Shown here: one piece after another, positions 53,285 to 63,720 of the stretch
Position numbering within the stretch: the first letter of the stretch is position 1
How the letters are laid out: each line of letters opens with the position of its first letter
DNA from: Myxococcales bacterium
GTDB taxonomy: Bacteria > Myxococcota_A > Polyangia > Nannocystales > Nannocystaceae
Direction: 5' to 3'
Length of the DNA: 64,000 nt
Assembly: GCA_020633335.1 (NCBI GenBank)
Contig: JACKDU010000002.1
Location: 506,730-570,729, forward strand
Notes under the pieces: model-generated
Told to the model about the DNA's origin: nothing
Database searches by the model: none
What the model saw: the letters and a program-made list of their open reading frames with translations, nothing else
Position numbers and translations under genes: made by a program

Positions 53285-55753
53285 ATGGCGAAGGTGTGGA
53301 CGCGGGACGGGTTCTTCTTCGGGGCGGCGCTGACGGGCGCGCTCTCTCTCATCGGCGGCTGCGGCGACGACGGGGTCGTCACCAGCGAGAGCGCGACCGG
53401 ATCGTCGACGGGCGACTCGGCGAGCGCGTCGGCCTCCGCCTCCGCGACGGCCTCCGCCTCCGCGTCGGCCTCCGCCTCCGCGACCGACACCGCGAGCGGC
53501 TCGGCGACGGACTCGGCCTCCGCCTCCGCCTCGGCGACCGACGGCACCTCGACCAGCGACGGCACGGCGACCAGCGGCACCGGCTCGACCACCGCGGTCG
53601 AGACCAGCGGCGTCACCCAGGGGAGCACGACCTCCGGCGGCCCGACCTGCCAGGACGAGTGCGTCGACGGCGTCTGCGTCGGCGACATCTGCTGCCCGGT
53701 CGATAACGCCTGCGGCGACGAGTGCTGCGGCGACGGCCAGGTCTGCGCGTTCCAGACCTGCGTCGATCCGGGCGACGCCTGCGTCACCGCCAGCGAGTGC
53801 CCGGCCGACGCCTACTGCGACTACAGCCTCGGCGAGGCCGGCGACAAGGTCTGCGGCGGCGGCGGCTCGCCCGACACCGGCAAGTGCATGCCGAATCCGC
53901 CCCTCTGCATGATGGGCGAGATGCCGGACGATCCCAACGCGATCGCCTGCCTGCCGACCTGCGACTTCGAGAACGACGGCGTCTTCGAGTCGACCCTCAA
54001 GTACGCGTGGGGCGGCGCGAGCGTGATGATGCCGCCGATCATCACCCACCTCGACGACGACAACTGCGACGACAAGGTCGACGGCCGCGACATCCCCGAC
54101 ATCATCTGGGCCTCCTTCGCGGGCGGCGCCTACAACAACAACGGCACCCTCCACGCCTACTCCGTGATCGACGGCCAGCTCGTCAAGAAGTGGTCGCAGA
54201 ACCCGCAGAGCGACCGGATCTGGCCGGGCAAGGCGATCGCCGCCGGCGACCTCGACGGCGACCCCGGGGCCGAGATCGTCACCTGCACCGAGAACGGGCG
54301 CGCCCGCGCCTTCGGTCCCGACGGCGGCACCTACTGGGTCGCGAACGGGATCACCTACTGCGACTCGCCGGCGATCGTCGACCTCGACGGCGACGGCGAC
54401 CCCGAGGTCCTGGTCGAGGGCGCGGTCCTCAACGGCCAGACCGGCGCGGTCAAGGCGACCTTCCCGGTCAAGAACCCGGCGAGCTGGTGGCGCGAGCGGG
54501 TCACCGCCGCCGACCTCAACGACGACGGCGTCCTCGAGATCATCACCGCGAGCGCGGCCTTCAACGCCGACGGCACGCTCTTCGCCGACTCCAAGCTGAG
54601 CGGCACCTTCCCGGCGGTCGCCGACCTCGACGGCGACGGCAAGCCCGAGGTCGTCGTCATCGCCAACCTCGGCAAGGGGAGCAACATCCACCACCTCCAC
54701 GTCTGGGCCTACGACGCGAACGCGCCCGACAAGGCGAAGATCGTCCGCCAGGGCGTCAACATCAACGGCCCGCTCGCCCCCGCGCTCTGCCCCGCGAGCT
54801 CGAACGGCTACTCGGGCGGCGGCGGCCCGCCGACGATCGCCGAGTTCAACGGCGACGGCCACCCCGACGTCGGCGTCGCCGGCGGGATCGGCTACGCGGT
54901 CTTCAACGGCGCCAAGCTCATGGATCCCAACGTCGCCAACGCCGACACGCTGATCTGGATCAAGCAGACCCAGGACTGCTCGTCGTCGTTCACCGGCTCC
55001 TCGGTCTACGACTTCGACGGCGACGGCCGGGCGGAGGTCGTCTACGGCGACGAGCTCTTCCTCCGGATCTACCGCGGCTTCGACGGCTCGATCCTCTCGG
55101 AGGAGTGCAACACCTCCGGCACCCTCCACGAGTACCCGCTCATCGCCGACGTCGACCTCGACGGCCACGCCGACATCGTCGCGGTCTCCAACAACTACTC
55201 GGGCTTCGTCTGCCCGGGGAACGTCAAGACCACCGGCGTCCGGGTCTTCTCCAACCCCCTCTGGACCCGCACCCGCAAGATCTGGAACCAGCACACCTAC
55301 CACGTCACAAACGTCAACGACGACGGGACGATCCCGACGCAGGAGGCGCCGAACTGGTCGCAGCCGGGCCTCAACAACTTCCGCCAGAACTACATCACCA
55401 ACATCTTCGCGGCGCCCGACGTCTTCGTCGCCTCGGTGACGCCGATCTGCGACGGCGACTACGGCCTGCGGGCGCGGGTCCGCAACATCGGCCAGCAGGC
55501 GATCCCGAACGGCGTCAAGGTCGACTTCTACGTCGGCGACCCCGATCAGGGCGGCGTCCTCCTCGGCTCCTCGCTGACCACCAAGGAGCTCTACCCGGCC
55601 GAGGCCGAGGACGTCGACCTCGCGCTCCCGAACGCCCCGGCGAACCTCATCGACGGCTCCGACCCCGCCTTCGCGGTCGTCAACGCCGACGCCAAGTGGA
55701 CCGAGTGCCGCCCGGGGAACAACAAGACCGAAGGGACAGGTCTATGTGAGTAG
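53285..55753 (+). CDS. large FG-GAP/VCBS beta-propeller lipoprotein with a Ser/Ala-rich linker and a Cys-rich module (paralog B)
   Basis: Start ATG at 53285, preceded by AGGAGAG (MAKVWTRDGFFFGAALTGALSLIGGC lipobox). It is collinear with paralog A through the S/A/T linker, the Cys-rich module (CQDECVDGVCVGDICCPVDNACGDECC...) and the FG-GAP repeats (VDLDGDGDPEVLV, ADLNDDGVLEII, ADLDGDGKPEVVVI, AEFNGDGHPDVGVAG, YDFDGDGRAEVVY, ADVDLDGHADIVAV). Confidence 0.7.
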   Translation: MAKVWTRDGFFFGAALTGALSLIGGCGDDGVVTSESATGSSTGDSASASASASATASASASASASATDTASGSATDSASASASATDGTSTSDGTATSGTGSTTAVETSGVTQGSTTSGGPTCQDECVDGVCVGDICCPVDNACGDECCGDGQVCAFQTCVDPGDACVTASECPADAYCDYSLGEAGDKVCGGGGSPDTGKCMPNPPLCMMGEMPDDPNAIACLPTCDFENDGVFESTLKYAWGGASVMMPPIITHLDDDNCDDKVDGRDIPDIIWASFAGGAYNNNGTLHAYSVIDGQLVKKWSQNPQSDRIWPGKAIAAGDLDGDPGAEIVTCTENGRARAFGPDGGTYWVANGITYCDSPAIVDLDGDGDPEVLVEGAVLNGQTGAVKATFPVKNPASWWRERVTAADLNDDGVLEIITASAAFNADGTLFADSKLSGTFPAVADLDGDGKPEVVVIANLGKGSNIHHLHVWAYDANAPDKAKIVRQGVNINGPLAPALCPASSNGYSGGGGPPTIAEFNGDGHPDVGVAGGIGYAVFNGAKLMDPNVANADTLIWIKQTQDCSSSFTGSSVYDFDGDGRAEVVYGDELFLRIYRGFDGSILSEECNTSGTLHEYPLIADVDLDGHADIVAVSNNYSGFVCPGNVKTTGVRVFSNPLWTRTRKIWNQHTYHVTNVNDDGTIPTQEAPNWSQPGLNNFRQNYITNIFAAPDVFVASVTPICDGDYGLRARVRNIGQQAIPNGVKVDFYVGDPDQGGVLLGSSLTTKELYPAEAEDVDLALPNAPANLIDGSDPAFAVVNADAKWTECRPGNNKTEGTGLCE
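53431..53484 (+). repeat. in-frame 18-bp tandem repeat (ggcctccgcctccgcgNc x3) encoding an (AS)n linker
   Basis: Three near-identical 18-nt units lie within the paralog B linker. A further GCCTCC-rich stretch follows at about 53515-53535. Confidence 0.6.
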
Positions 55754-55828
55754 CCGCGGCCCACGCGGGGGCCCCGATCGGGCCCCTGCGCCCGCCGGAG
55801 GCTCAGCGGCGGCGAGCCGGCGCCGACC

Positions 55829-58800
55829 TCACCCCCCGAGCCAGCGCTGGAGCGCCGCGCCGAGCTCCTCGAGCGCCAGCGGCTTGGTCAGGAAGTCGTC
55901 CATCCCGGCCGCCAGGCAGCCCTCACGATCGCTCTCGAAGGCGCTCGCGGTCAGGGCGATCACCGGGACCCGCGCTCGCCCGCCCTCTCGCTCGCGCCGC
56001 CGGAGCTCGACGGTCGCGCTGTACCCGTCCATCACCGGCATCTGACAGTCCATCAGGATCAGCCGCGGCGGCGGGCCCTCGAGGCGAGCGAGGAGCGCGA
56101 GCGCCTCCCGACCGTCGCCGGCGGCGACGCTCCTGCACCCGAGGTACGCGAGCATCGCCTGGGTGATCTCGCGGTTGACGAGGTTGTCCTCGACGACGAG
56201 CACCAGCGGCGAGTCCGCGGTGCGCGCGACCGGGAGGGGCGTGGTCGCCGGCTCGTCGTCGGCGCCCACACCGGCCCCCTGCGCCTCCACGACCCCCACG
56301 CGCACCCGCAGCCAGAAGCGGCTGCCGCCGCCCTCGCATCGCTCAAAGCCGACCGCGCCGTCCATCGCCAGCGCGAGCGCCCGCACCAGCGCGAGGCCGA
56401 GCCCGGTGCCGGCCCGCCCCGTGATCGCCCGCCCCTCGCCGCGGATGAAGGGATCGAAGACGCGCTCGCCGATCTCCGACGCGACGCCGACGCCGTTGTC
56501 CCGGACCGAGAGCTCGAGGATCCCGTCGCCCCGGTCACGCTCGACGAGCTCCCCGCGGATCTCGACGGTCCCAGACTCCGAGTACGCGATCGCGTTGTGG
56601 ACGTAGTTCGAGAGCATCTGCCGCAGACGGACGGGATCGGCGACGACGGCGACCGAGGGACCGAGCCAGCGCACCACGATCCCAAGCCCCTTCTGGTGCG
56701 CGAGCTCCTCGAAGAGCGCCGCCACCCCGGCGATGAGCGCCTGCGGATCGACGACCTCCGGCTGGAGATCGAGCCGCTCCGCCTCGACCTTCGAGAAGTC
56801 GAGGATGTCGTTGAGGAGCGTCATCAGCGTCTGCCCCGATCGGAGGATCGTCTCGACGTAGCGCCGGCGGGCCTCCTCGTCGACCCCCGGGGTCATCAGG
56901 AGCTGGGCCATCCCGAGGACCCCGTTGAGGGGGGTCCGGATCTCGTGGCTCATCATCGCCAGGAAGCGGCTCTTTGCGGCGTTCGCCCCCTCCGCGGCCG
57001 CGATCGCCCGGCGCAGCGAGCTCACCCCGGCGTCGCGCTCGATCGCCGCGCCGACCCAGCGCGCGAGGAGGCGGATGAACTCGCGGTCGCCGTCGTCGAA
57101 GGTGCGGGCGGCGCTCGTCGACGAGAAGCTCAGGGTGCCGTAGCGCTCGCCCTGGACCCGGACGGGCACGCCGATGTAGGACTCGACGCCGGCACCTCGG
57201 GCGACCGGGTGGCCCTCGCGATCGAGGTCAGCGCGCTCGGCGAAGACGACGGCGTCCGCCGCCCAGGCCCGCGCGCAGATCGTCTGGCCGAGGGGGAAGA
57301 CGTCGCCCTCCTCGACCCCCTCGGCGGCCAGGGAGACGACCACCTGGAAGACGTCGCCGCTGATCTTGGAGACGATCGCCGTCTCGAGGCCGAGGAAGTC
57401 GGCGCCGATCTGCAGCGCCGCCCGCAGGCGCTCGCGCAGCGACCCCTCGGGGAGCGCGACGACGCCGTTGAGCGCGACCAGGCTGGCGGCCCGGCGGCGC
57501 TCCGACTTCACCGCCTCGGCCCGCGCCCGCACCTCGCCGCGGAGCTCGGCCGTCCGCGCCGCGACCAGGGCGGCGACCCGATCGCGATCGCCGCTGACGA
57601 GGAGGAGGAAGCCCGCGAAGACGCCGCAGGCGAAGTACGCGAGGACCAGCACGAGGAGCGACGAGCTCAAGCCCGCCGCGACGGCGCGGTGGTCGCGGCC
57701 GAGCGCGACCTCCCATCGCCGATCCAGGAGATCGAATTCCAGCGTCGTGTAGACGCCCTCGTGGTCGACGAAGGTCCGCTCGCCGAAGGTCGGGAGCGGC
57801 GGACCGTCGCGGCGCCAGATCGGCCACGCAGGCCCGTCGACGACCTCGCGGAGCTCCCAGCGGATCCCCGCCTCCGGCGGCAGCCAGCTGTCGACCACCG
57901 CGAGGTCGAGGACGCCCACGAGGAGGCCTCGCCCCCTCGCAAGATCGACCGGGACCGCCAGCAGGAGCGCCCCCTCGGCCAGGGGATCGCCGGCGCCGCC
58001 GGGGGTCGCGCTCATCGCCGGCGCGTCGCGAGCGAGCGCCCGCCTCGACGTCTCACCGAACGATCTGTCCGCGAGGACATCCAATCCGACGACGCCAGGG
58101 TTCGTCGGGACGACCGCTGCGATCCGGAGCGCCGACCCGCGCGGCGCGGCCCCGTCCGGCGGCGCCCAGGCGATCGTCCGCAGCCCCGGCGTCGCCGCCA
58201 GCACCTCGCCGGCGAGCGCCTCGAACTCGACGTCCGGCGCGGACCCGCGGTGCTCGTAGGAGGCGGCGAGCTGCGCCAACGCCCGCCCCTGGATCGGATC
58301 CAGCGATCCGAGCGCGGACACGAAGGGCGACGAGAGCTCGGCGAAGGCGCGGACGAGCTCGCGCTCCTCGACCCGCCGGACCGCGAGATAGGTGATCCCA
58401 CAGATCACGAAGGCGACGAGGAGCGGCGCGCCGACGGACCAGCGGCGGCGTCGCCAGCCGGGATCCGCGACGAAGGCCATCAACGCCAGCGGCGCGAAGA
58501 TCTGGACGCCGAGCGCGTCGCCCAGCCACCAGGTGACGAAGCTCGTCGGCAACGCCGAGGCGCCGATCATCCCCCCGAGGAGGAGCGCCAGGTTGCCGAT
58601 CGACGCGGCGATCAGGCAGCTCGTCGCGCCGATCAGCGAGAAGCGCCCGACCTCCGCGAGGGTGTCGAAGGCGATCTGCGGGTTGAAGCGCCGGAGCCAG
58701 GTCCCGCCGACCGCGGCCTGGATCGCCGAACCGAAGGCGATCGCCAGCCCCACCCCGCTCGGCTCGAAGGCGCCGCCGAGGGTCGAGTTCGTGATGAAGG

Positions 58801-58990
58801 AGCCGACGAGGATCCCCGGCGCGACCGCGACGCCGCCCCAGACCCAGGCGGCGGCGAAGGCGAGGCCAGCCGCCGGCCAGATCGCCGAGACGTAGCCCGG
58901 CGGCAGCGCCATCGCCAGGCCGAGCTTGCCGAGCGCGAAGTAAGCCGACGCGAGCGCGAAGTTGACCAGCAGCACGCGGCCCCACGTCAT
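55829..58990 (-). CDS. hybrid sensor histidine kinase/response regulator (MASE1-like membrane sensor, periplasmic loop, GAF, HisKA, HATPase, REC)
   Basis: The ORF extends to 59074, but the likely start is the Met at 58990 (MTWGRVLLVNFALASAYF, a MASE1-type helix). H-box MSHEIRTPLNGVLG. HATPase G-boxes (RDNGVGV, GTGLGLALV). C-terminal receiver domain with LMDCQMPVMDG. Confidence 0.8.
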   Translation of the reverse strand: MTWGRVLLVNFALASAYFALGKLGLAMALPPGYVSAIWPAAGLAFAAAWVWGGVAVAPGILVGSFITNSTLGGAFEPSGVGLAIAFGSAIQAAVGGTWLRRFNPQIAFDTLAEVGRFSLIGATSCLIAASIGNLALLLGGMIGASALPTSFVTWWLGDALGVQIFAPLALMAFVADPGWRRRRWSVGAPLLVAFVICGITYLAVRRVEERELVRAFAELSSPFVSALGSLDPIQGRALAQLAASYEHRGSAPDVEFEALAGEVLAATPGLRTIAWAPPDGAAPRGSALRIAAVVPTNPGVVGLDVLADRSFGETSRRALARDAPAMSATPGGAGDPLAEGALLLAVPVDLARGRGLLVGVLDLAVVDSWLPPEAGIRWELREVVDGPAWPIWRRDGPPLPTFGERTFVDHEGVYTTLEFDLLDRRWEVALGRDHRAVAAGLSSSLLVLVLAYFACGVFAGFLLLVSGDRDRVAALVAARTAELRGEVRARAEAVKSERRRAASLVALNGVVALPEGSLRERLRAALQIGADFLGLETAIVSKISGDVFQVVVSLAAEGVEEGDVFPLGQTICARAWAADAVVFAERADLDREGHPVARGAGVESYIGVPVRVQGERYGTLSFSSTSAARTFDDGDREFIRLLARWVGAAIERDAGVSSLRRAIAAAEGANAAKSRFLAMMSHEIRTPLNGVLGMAQLLMTPGVDEEARRRYVETILRSGQTLMTLLNDILDFSKVEAERLDLQPEVVDPQALIAGVAALFEELAHQKGLGIVVRWLGPSVAVVADPVRLRQMLSNYVHNAIAYSESGTVEIRGELVERDRGDGILELSVRDNGVGVASEIGERVFDPFIRGEGRAITGRAGTGLGLALVRALALAMDGAVGFERCEGGGSRFWLRVRVGVVEAQGAGVGADDEPATTPLPVARTADSPLVLVVEDNLVNREITQAMLAYLGCRSVAAGDGREALALLARLEGPPPRLILMDCQMPVMDGYSATVELRRREREGGRARVPVIALTASAFESDREGCLAAGMDDFLTKPLALEELGAALQRWLGG

Positions 58991-59388
58991 CGATCGCTCT
59001 GGAAGAAGCGCCCGCACCCAGCGTAGAGACACTAGCCACAGAGATTCACCAAAACAACGGTCTGCAATAGTCAATCAGCGCATGGGCGCCCGCCCCGCTC
59101 GCACTCCTGTCCTTTCAGACATCCTTCCATCGCGTCACCGTCAGCGAGCGGGGAGCGGTCGTCGAGCCACCGGCGACGCTTCGCCGACGACGACGTCTCA
59201 CACCACACGACCGCGCCGACCCAGGTCACGCGCGCCATCGCTCGCGGCTCGCGTCGCGCTCGCCCGCGCCCCCGGCGAAGCGCGGCTCAGTGGGGGCGCG
59301 GCGACCTGCGGCCCGGCCCTGCGGATGGCCCGCGACCGGCGGATGCCGAGCTGTCCCCGCCGCGCGCCATCCACTACGATCGTCTCCG

Positions 59389-60960
59389 ATGGCCTCCCGT
59401 CGCCTCCTCCTCGGCCCCCTCGCCCTCGCCTCGCTCGCCCTCGTCGCCTGCAGCGGCGACGAGGAGATGACCAGCGACTCCTTCACGGGCGGGAGCTCGC
59501 CGACCACGACCACCCCCGCGACCGCGACCGCGACCGCGACCACGACCACCGACGGGACCAGCGGGACCAGCGGCGGCGAGAGCGACACCGACGCGACCAC
59601 CGGCGTCGCCAGCGGCACCACGACCAACCCCAACCCCGAGCCCGAGTGCGGCAACGGTGTGATCGAGGGCGACGAGGAGTGCGACGACGGGGCCGCGAAC
59701 GACGACGCCGCCGCCTGCACCAGCGGCTGCAAGGTCGCGGTCTGCGGCGACGGCCTCGTCGGCCCTGGCGAGGAGTGCGACGACGCCAACGACGTCGACA
59801 CCGACGCCTGCCTGAGCACCTGCGTGATGGCGATCTGCGGCGACGGGATCATCCGCGAGGGGATCGAGCAGTGCGACGACGCCAACGACGACAACAGCGA
59901 CGCCTGCGTCGCCGAGTGCAAGCTCGCCAAGTGCGGCGACGGCTACCTCGGCCCCGGCGAGGCCTGCGACGACGGCAACACCGACGACAATGACGCCTGC
60001 ACCTCCTCCTGCGCCCTCGCCAGCTGCGGCGACGGCAACCTCCAGATGGGCGAGGAGTGCGACGACGGCAACATGATCGAGACCGACGCCTGCCTGAGCA
60101 CCTGCCTCGACGCGAAGTGCGGCGACGGCGTCGTCTACGAGGGCGTCGAGGAGTGCGACGACGGCAACGCGAGCAACGCCGACCCCTGCCTGACCACCTG
60201 CGAGAACGCGACCTGCACGGACAAGATCAAGAGCAACGCCGAGACCGACATCGACTGCGGCGGCCCCGATTGCCCGAAGTGCAACAACGGGAAGATCTGC
60301 GCCGCCAACACCGACTGCGCCAGCGGGGCCTGCGTCAACGGCTCGTGCAACCTGCCGACGAGCTGCAAGCAGCTCAAGGACGGCCTCCCGAACACCGCGA
60401 GCGGCGTCTACCAGATCGACACCGACGGCGACGGCCCGAAGATCCCCTTCGAGGTGTACTGCGACATGACGACCGACGGCGGCGGCTGGACGCTGGTCGG
60501 CCGCTCCCGCAACACCCCGAGCTCACCCGGCTGCGCCGGCACCGACAACGGCGCGAACTTCGGCTGGCGCTCGGCCCAGGGCTCCGTGCAAAACGACGGC
60601 GCGGCCTACTCCCTCGACGCCGCCGGCAAGGGGCTCGCGTTCACCCAGGTCCTCTTCGGCAACCATGGCGGGACCAAGGCCTTCGCCGGCTACGCCTACC
60701 GCCACACGGTGATCGCCGACTTCATCAACGTCCACCAGAACACCCACTACTTCATCGGCAAGCCGGCCAAGGTGCTGGGCGACTGCGACGCCTCGTCGAT
60801 GTTCAACTGGATGGGCTTCACCGCGAACACCGACACCTTCCACTTCCGCGACGTCGACGGGAACGGCTTCGGCCTGACGGCGAGCGGCTGGCGGAGCTGC
60901 TACGACACCTGCGTCGGCGGGCTGATCAACGGCAAGCCCGGGATGGTCTACGTCCGCTGA
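59389..60960 (+). CDS. lipoprotein with about 7 Myxococcus-type cysteine-rich repeats, a Cys-rich spacer and a C-terminal fibrinogen-related domain
   Basis: Start at [21 protein letters not shown] (lipobox). T/S/A linker. Repeated C..CGDG....GEECDDGN...D.C units. C-terminal [17 protein letters not shown] and NGKPGMV, which are hallmarks of fibrinogen C-terminal-like domains. Confidence 0.7.
   Translation: MASRRLLLGPLALASLALVACSGDEEMTSDSFTGGSSPTTTTPATATATATTTTDGTSGTSGGESDTDATTGVASGTTTNPNPEPECGNGVIEGDEECDDGAANDDAAACTSGCKVAVCGDGLVGPGEECDDANDVDTDACLSTCVMAICGDGIIREGIEQCDDANDDNSDACVAECKLAKCGDGYLGPGEACDDGNTDDNDACTSSCALASCGDGNLQMGEECDDGNMIETDACLSTCLDAKCGDGVVYEGVEECDDGNASNADPCLTTCENATCTDKIKSNAETDIDCGGPDCPKCNNGKICAANTDCASGACVNGSCNLPTSCKQLKDGLPNTASGVYQIDTDGDGPKIPFEVYCDMTTDGGGWTLVGRSRNTPSSPGCAGTDNGANFGWRSAQGSVQNDGAAYSLDAAGKGLAFTQVLFGNHGGTKAFAGYAYRHTVIADFINVHQNTHYFIGKPAKVLGDCDASSMFNWMGFTANTDTFHFRDVDGNGFGLTASGWRSCYDTCVGGLINGKPGMVYVR
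59635..60245 (+). repeat. intragenic tandem array of Cys-rich repeat modules (about 90 nt per unit)
   Basis: Recurrent tgcggcgacggc...gaggagtgcgacgacggcaac blocks encode the CGDG...EECDDGN units. Confidence 0.55.
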
Positions 60961-61039
60961 CGCGCGCCCCCGCGCCCCCGCGCGCGGCCGCCCCTGAGCC
61001 TTGCCGATCGACGCCGGCTGACCGGATAATCCCGCCGTC

Positions 61040-62521
61040 TTGGCCCCCCTCGACCCACGGCGCGACCGCCGGCTCGCCGGCCTCCTCGCCCTCGCCTGCG
61101 GCGCGCTCTACCTCGCCACGCTCTGCCCGGGGGTCTACTGGTACGACAGCGCCGAGTACGCCGCCGAGGCCGCGACCCTCGGCGTCGCCCACCCGCCGGG
61201 CTACCCGCTCTACGTCCCCCTCGCCCACCTCTTCACGCGCCTGCCCCTTGAGCCAGCTCTCGGCGTCAACCTGATGAGCGCGGTCTGCGGGGCGCTGGCG
61301 GTGGGCCTCCTCTTCCTCGTCGGCCGGCGCCTCGGCGCCCGCCCGGGCGCGGCGGCGATCGGCGCCCTCACCCTCGCCGTCGCAGCGCCCTTCTGGCAGA
61401 ACGCGACGGTCGCCGAGGTCTACACCGGCGGCCTCGTCTTCGGCCTCGGCGCCCTCCTCCTCCTCCTCGACGGCGAGGCCCAGGGCGACCTCCGCCGCCT
61501 CTTCGCGGCCGCCGCCCTCGCCGGCCTCGGGATGGGGATGCACATGTCGGTCGGCACCCTCGGCCTCGGCTTCGCGCTCCTGGTCGCCGGCGGCGTCCTC
61601 CGGCGGCGCCCCGGCGGGCTCCGGAGCGCGCGGAGCTGGGCGACGATCCTCGCGGTCGGCCTCACGGGGGTCGCGGCGACGGTCGCCACCTTCCTGACGA
61701 TCCCGCTCCGTACCTTCCGCGACCTCGGCTCCCGCCACGAGTGGGCGGTCTTCTGGGCGAACGCCCGCGGCGGCCGCTTCCGCGGGCGCATGCGGCCCGG
61801 CGAGGACGACTGGGCCCGCCTCCTCGATCTCCAGGTCGACGCCCTGACGTGGATCGGCGTGATCGCGGCCCTCGTCGGCGCGGTCGTCCTGGTCCGCCGC
61901 AACCGCCTCGTCGGCGCCGCGCTCCTCCTCGCGGCCGCGGGCAACCTCCGCTTCTTCCTCCACTACCAGGTCCAGGATCCCGAGGTCTTCTTCCTGCCGA
62001 CGACGGCGCTCGCCTGCGCGTTCCTCGGGGTCTCCGCCGACGCGCTCGCCGAGCGCCTCGCCCCCGCCCTCGGGGCGCTCGCTCGCCGGCTCGCGGCCGC
62101 CCTCGCGCTCGCGCCGGCGGCCGCCCTCCCCGCCTACCTCCTCGTCGCCAACTACCAGGGCGCCGATCGCAGCGGCGATCGCTCGGCCGCCGAGTACGGC
62201 GAGATGCTGGTCGCCAAGCTCCCCGAGGGCGCGGTGATGATCAAGTACAACCGCCCGCCGGAGTGGGAGCGCTACGCCGTCTTCCTCTACTACCAGAAGG
62301 CCCACCGCCTCCGCCGCGACGTCGAGATCCTGACCCGCCCGGAGGCCGCCGAGCTCGCCCAGCGCCTCGACGAGGGCCAGCGGATCTTCGCCTTTCGGGT
62401 CCCGGGCGGCCTCCGTAGCCGCTTCAAGATGGTGATCGACGGCGACCTCATCGAGCTCCGCCCGCGCGAGCCGCGTGCGCGGCCGCAACGGAGCGGCCGT
62501 GCCGCTGGCGCCCCGGAGTAG
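61040..62521 (+). CDS. DUF2723-family (TMEM260-like, GT-C-fold glycosyltransferase-like) polytopic membrane protein
   Basis: 493 aa. Family-typical N-terminal YWYDSAEY and GVAHPPGYPLY motifs. About 10 TM helices, then a soluble C-terminal domain. Confidence 0.6.
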   Translation: MAPLDPRRDRRLAGLLALACGALYLATLCPGVYWYDSAEYAAEAATLGVAHPPGYPLYVPLAHLFTRLPLEPALGVNLMSAVCGALAVGLLFLVGRRLGARPGAAAIGALTLAVAAPFWQNATVAEVYTGGLVFGLGALLLLLDGEAQGDLRRLFAAAALAGLGMGMHMSVGTLGLGFALLVAGGVLRRRPGGLRSARSWATILAVGLTGVAATVATFLTIPLRTFRDLGSRHEWAVFWANARGGRFRGRMRPGEDDWARLLDLQVDALTWIGVIAALVGAVVLVRRNRLVGAALLLAAAGNLRFFLHYQVQDPEVFFLPTTALACAFLGVSADALAERLAPALGALARRLAAALALAPAAALPAYLLVANYQGADRSGDRSAAEYGEMLVAKLPEGAVMIKYNRPPEWERYAVFLYYQKAHRLRRDVEILTRPEAAELAQRLDEGQRIFAFRVPGGLRSRFKMVIDGDLIELRPREPRARPQRSGRAAGAPE

Positions 62522-62585
62522 CCCGCAGACCTCGAGAAAAAGTGGGAGGAGCCCCTCCCGGATCGCCGGCCCGAGCTCGCCGGGA

Positions 62586-63551
62586 TCAGCCAGGTAGACC
62601 GCAGCCCCCGAGGTTCTCCTTGCCGGGCGGGGCCATGCCCATCTCGAAGAACGCGACGCACTCCGCGCCCTGCTCCATGAGCGGGCACATGTTCGGCTCG
62701 TCGAGGTTGCAGAACGACGAGCAGCAGCCCGCCGCCTGGCAGCCGGGGACGAACTCCGCGTTCGCGCAGAAGAGGCCAGGATCGCAGGCGTTCGCGAACT
62801 CGCAGGGATCGCCGTCGGCGCCGGCATCAGGACCGGACGCGTCGAGGACGCAGACGAAGTCCTCGCCGACCGGGAGGCAGGCGTCGCTGCCGGGGCAGTC
62901 CTGGAGGAGCGGATCGCAGGGCGGGAGGCAGATCGGCAGGACGCCGTCGTTGACGATCACGCAGACCGCGTTGGGGTCGGAGCAGAAGGGCGCGCCCATG
63001 TCACCCATGCAGAACTCGATGCAGTAGCCGAGGTTGTTCTCGTCGGTGTTCCAGCACATCAGCCCCTTGTCGCAGTCGTCGAGGCCGCTGACGCCGGAGC
63101 CCTCGGCGACGCACTCGTCGCCGGTCTGCTTCGGATCGGGGTTGACCGGCACGCACTTGTTCGCGTTCCACGACGAGCCGCCGTCGTCGGCCCACGCGGT
63201 GCACTTCTCGCCGTCGGGGCAGTCCTGACCCCAGATGTCGCAGCCCCCGATCGTGCCGGTGGTGCCGCAGCCGAAGATCGAGCAGGTGTCGGCGCCGCTG
63301 GTCCCCGTGTCGTCGGTCGTGGCGCCCCCGCTCGTCGAGGGGTTGCCGGTCGTGGTGCCCGTGGCCGAGCCGTCCGAGGTGCTGCCATCGGTCGCGTCCG
63401 TGCCGTTGGCCCCGGAGTTCGAGTCGCTGGTCGGCGACGACGCCCCGGTCTGGCCGGTCGCCGTCATCTGCTTGCCGTCATCGCCGGCGCAGCCGCAAAG
63501 GAGGAGCGCTCCGGTCAGGAGACCGGCAAGGATCGTCGTCGTGGTCTGCAT
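62586..63551 (-). CDS. Cys-rich secreted lipoprotein with a Ser/Thr/Gly-rich linker
   Basis: Start at MQTTTTILAGLLTGALLLCGC (lipobox). S/T/G/D linker of about 70 aa. C-terminal domain with about 26 Cys. Confidence 0.5.
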   Translation of the reverse strand: MQTTTTILAGLLTGALLLCGCAGDDGKQMTATGQTGASSPTSDSNSGANGTDATDGSTSDGSATGTTTGNPSTSGGATTDDTGTSGADTCSIFGCGTTGTIGGCDIWGQDCPDGEKCTAWADDGGSSWNANKCVPVNPDPKQTGDECVAEGSGVSGLDDCDKGLMCWNTDENNLGYCIEFCMGDMGAPFCSDPNAVCVIVNDGVLPICLPPCDPLLQDCPGSDACLPVGEDFVCVLDASGPDAGADGDPCEFANACDPGLFCANAEFVPGCQAAGCCSSFCNLDEPNMCPLMEQGAECVAFFEMGMAPPGKENLGGCGLPG

Positions 63552-63702
63552 GGTGGTCCCTCGTCGCTTGGGTGAAGGTCGGCAGCGAGCCAACCCGACC
63601 GACCAATCATCACATAACCAACTTTTAAAACTCAACTGTTAAAACGACTTTAACCGCCATTCCTTTCTTACCAACTATCACTTGGATGCGCCATTGCTCC
63701 TG

Positions 63703-63720
63703 GAGAGCTCGAATATCAAC
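63703..63720 (+). promoter_or_regulatory. possible sigma-54-type -24/-12 element (TGG-N9-TGC) inside a low-GC island
   Basis: TTGGATGCGCCATTGCT has GG and GC with the sigma-54 spacing of TGGCACG-N4-TTGC. This is a single pattern match with no downstream gene visible in the window. Confidence 0.15.
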
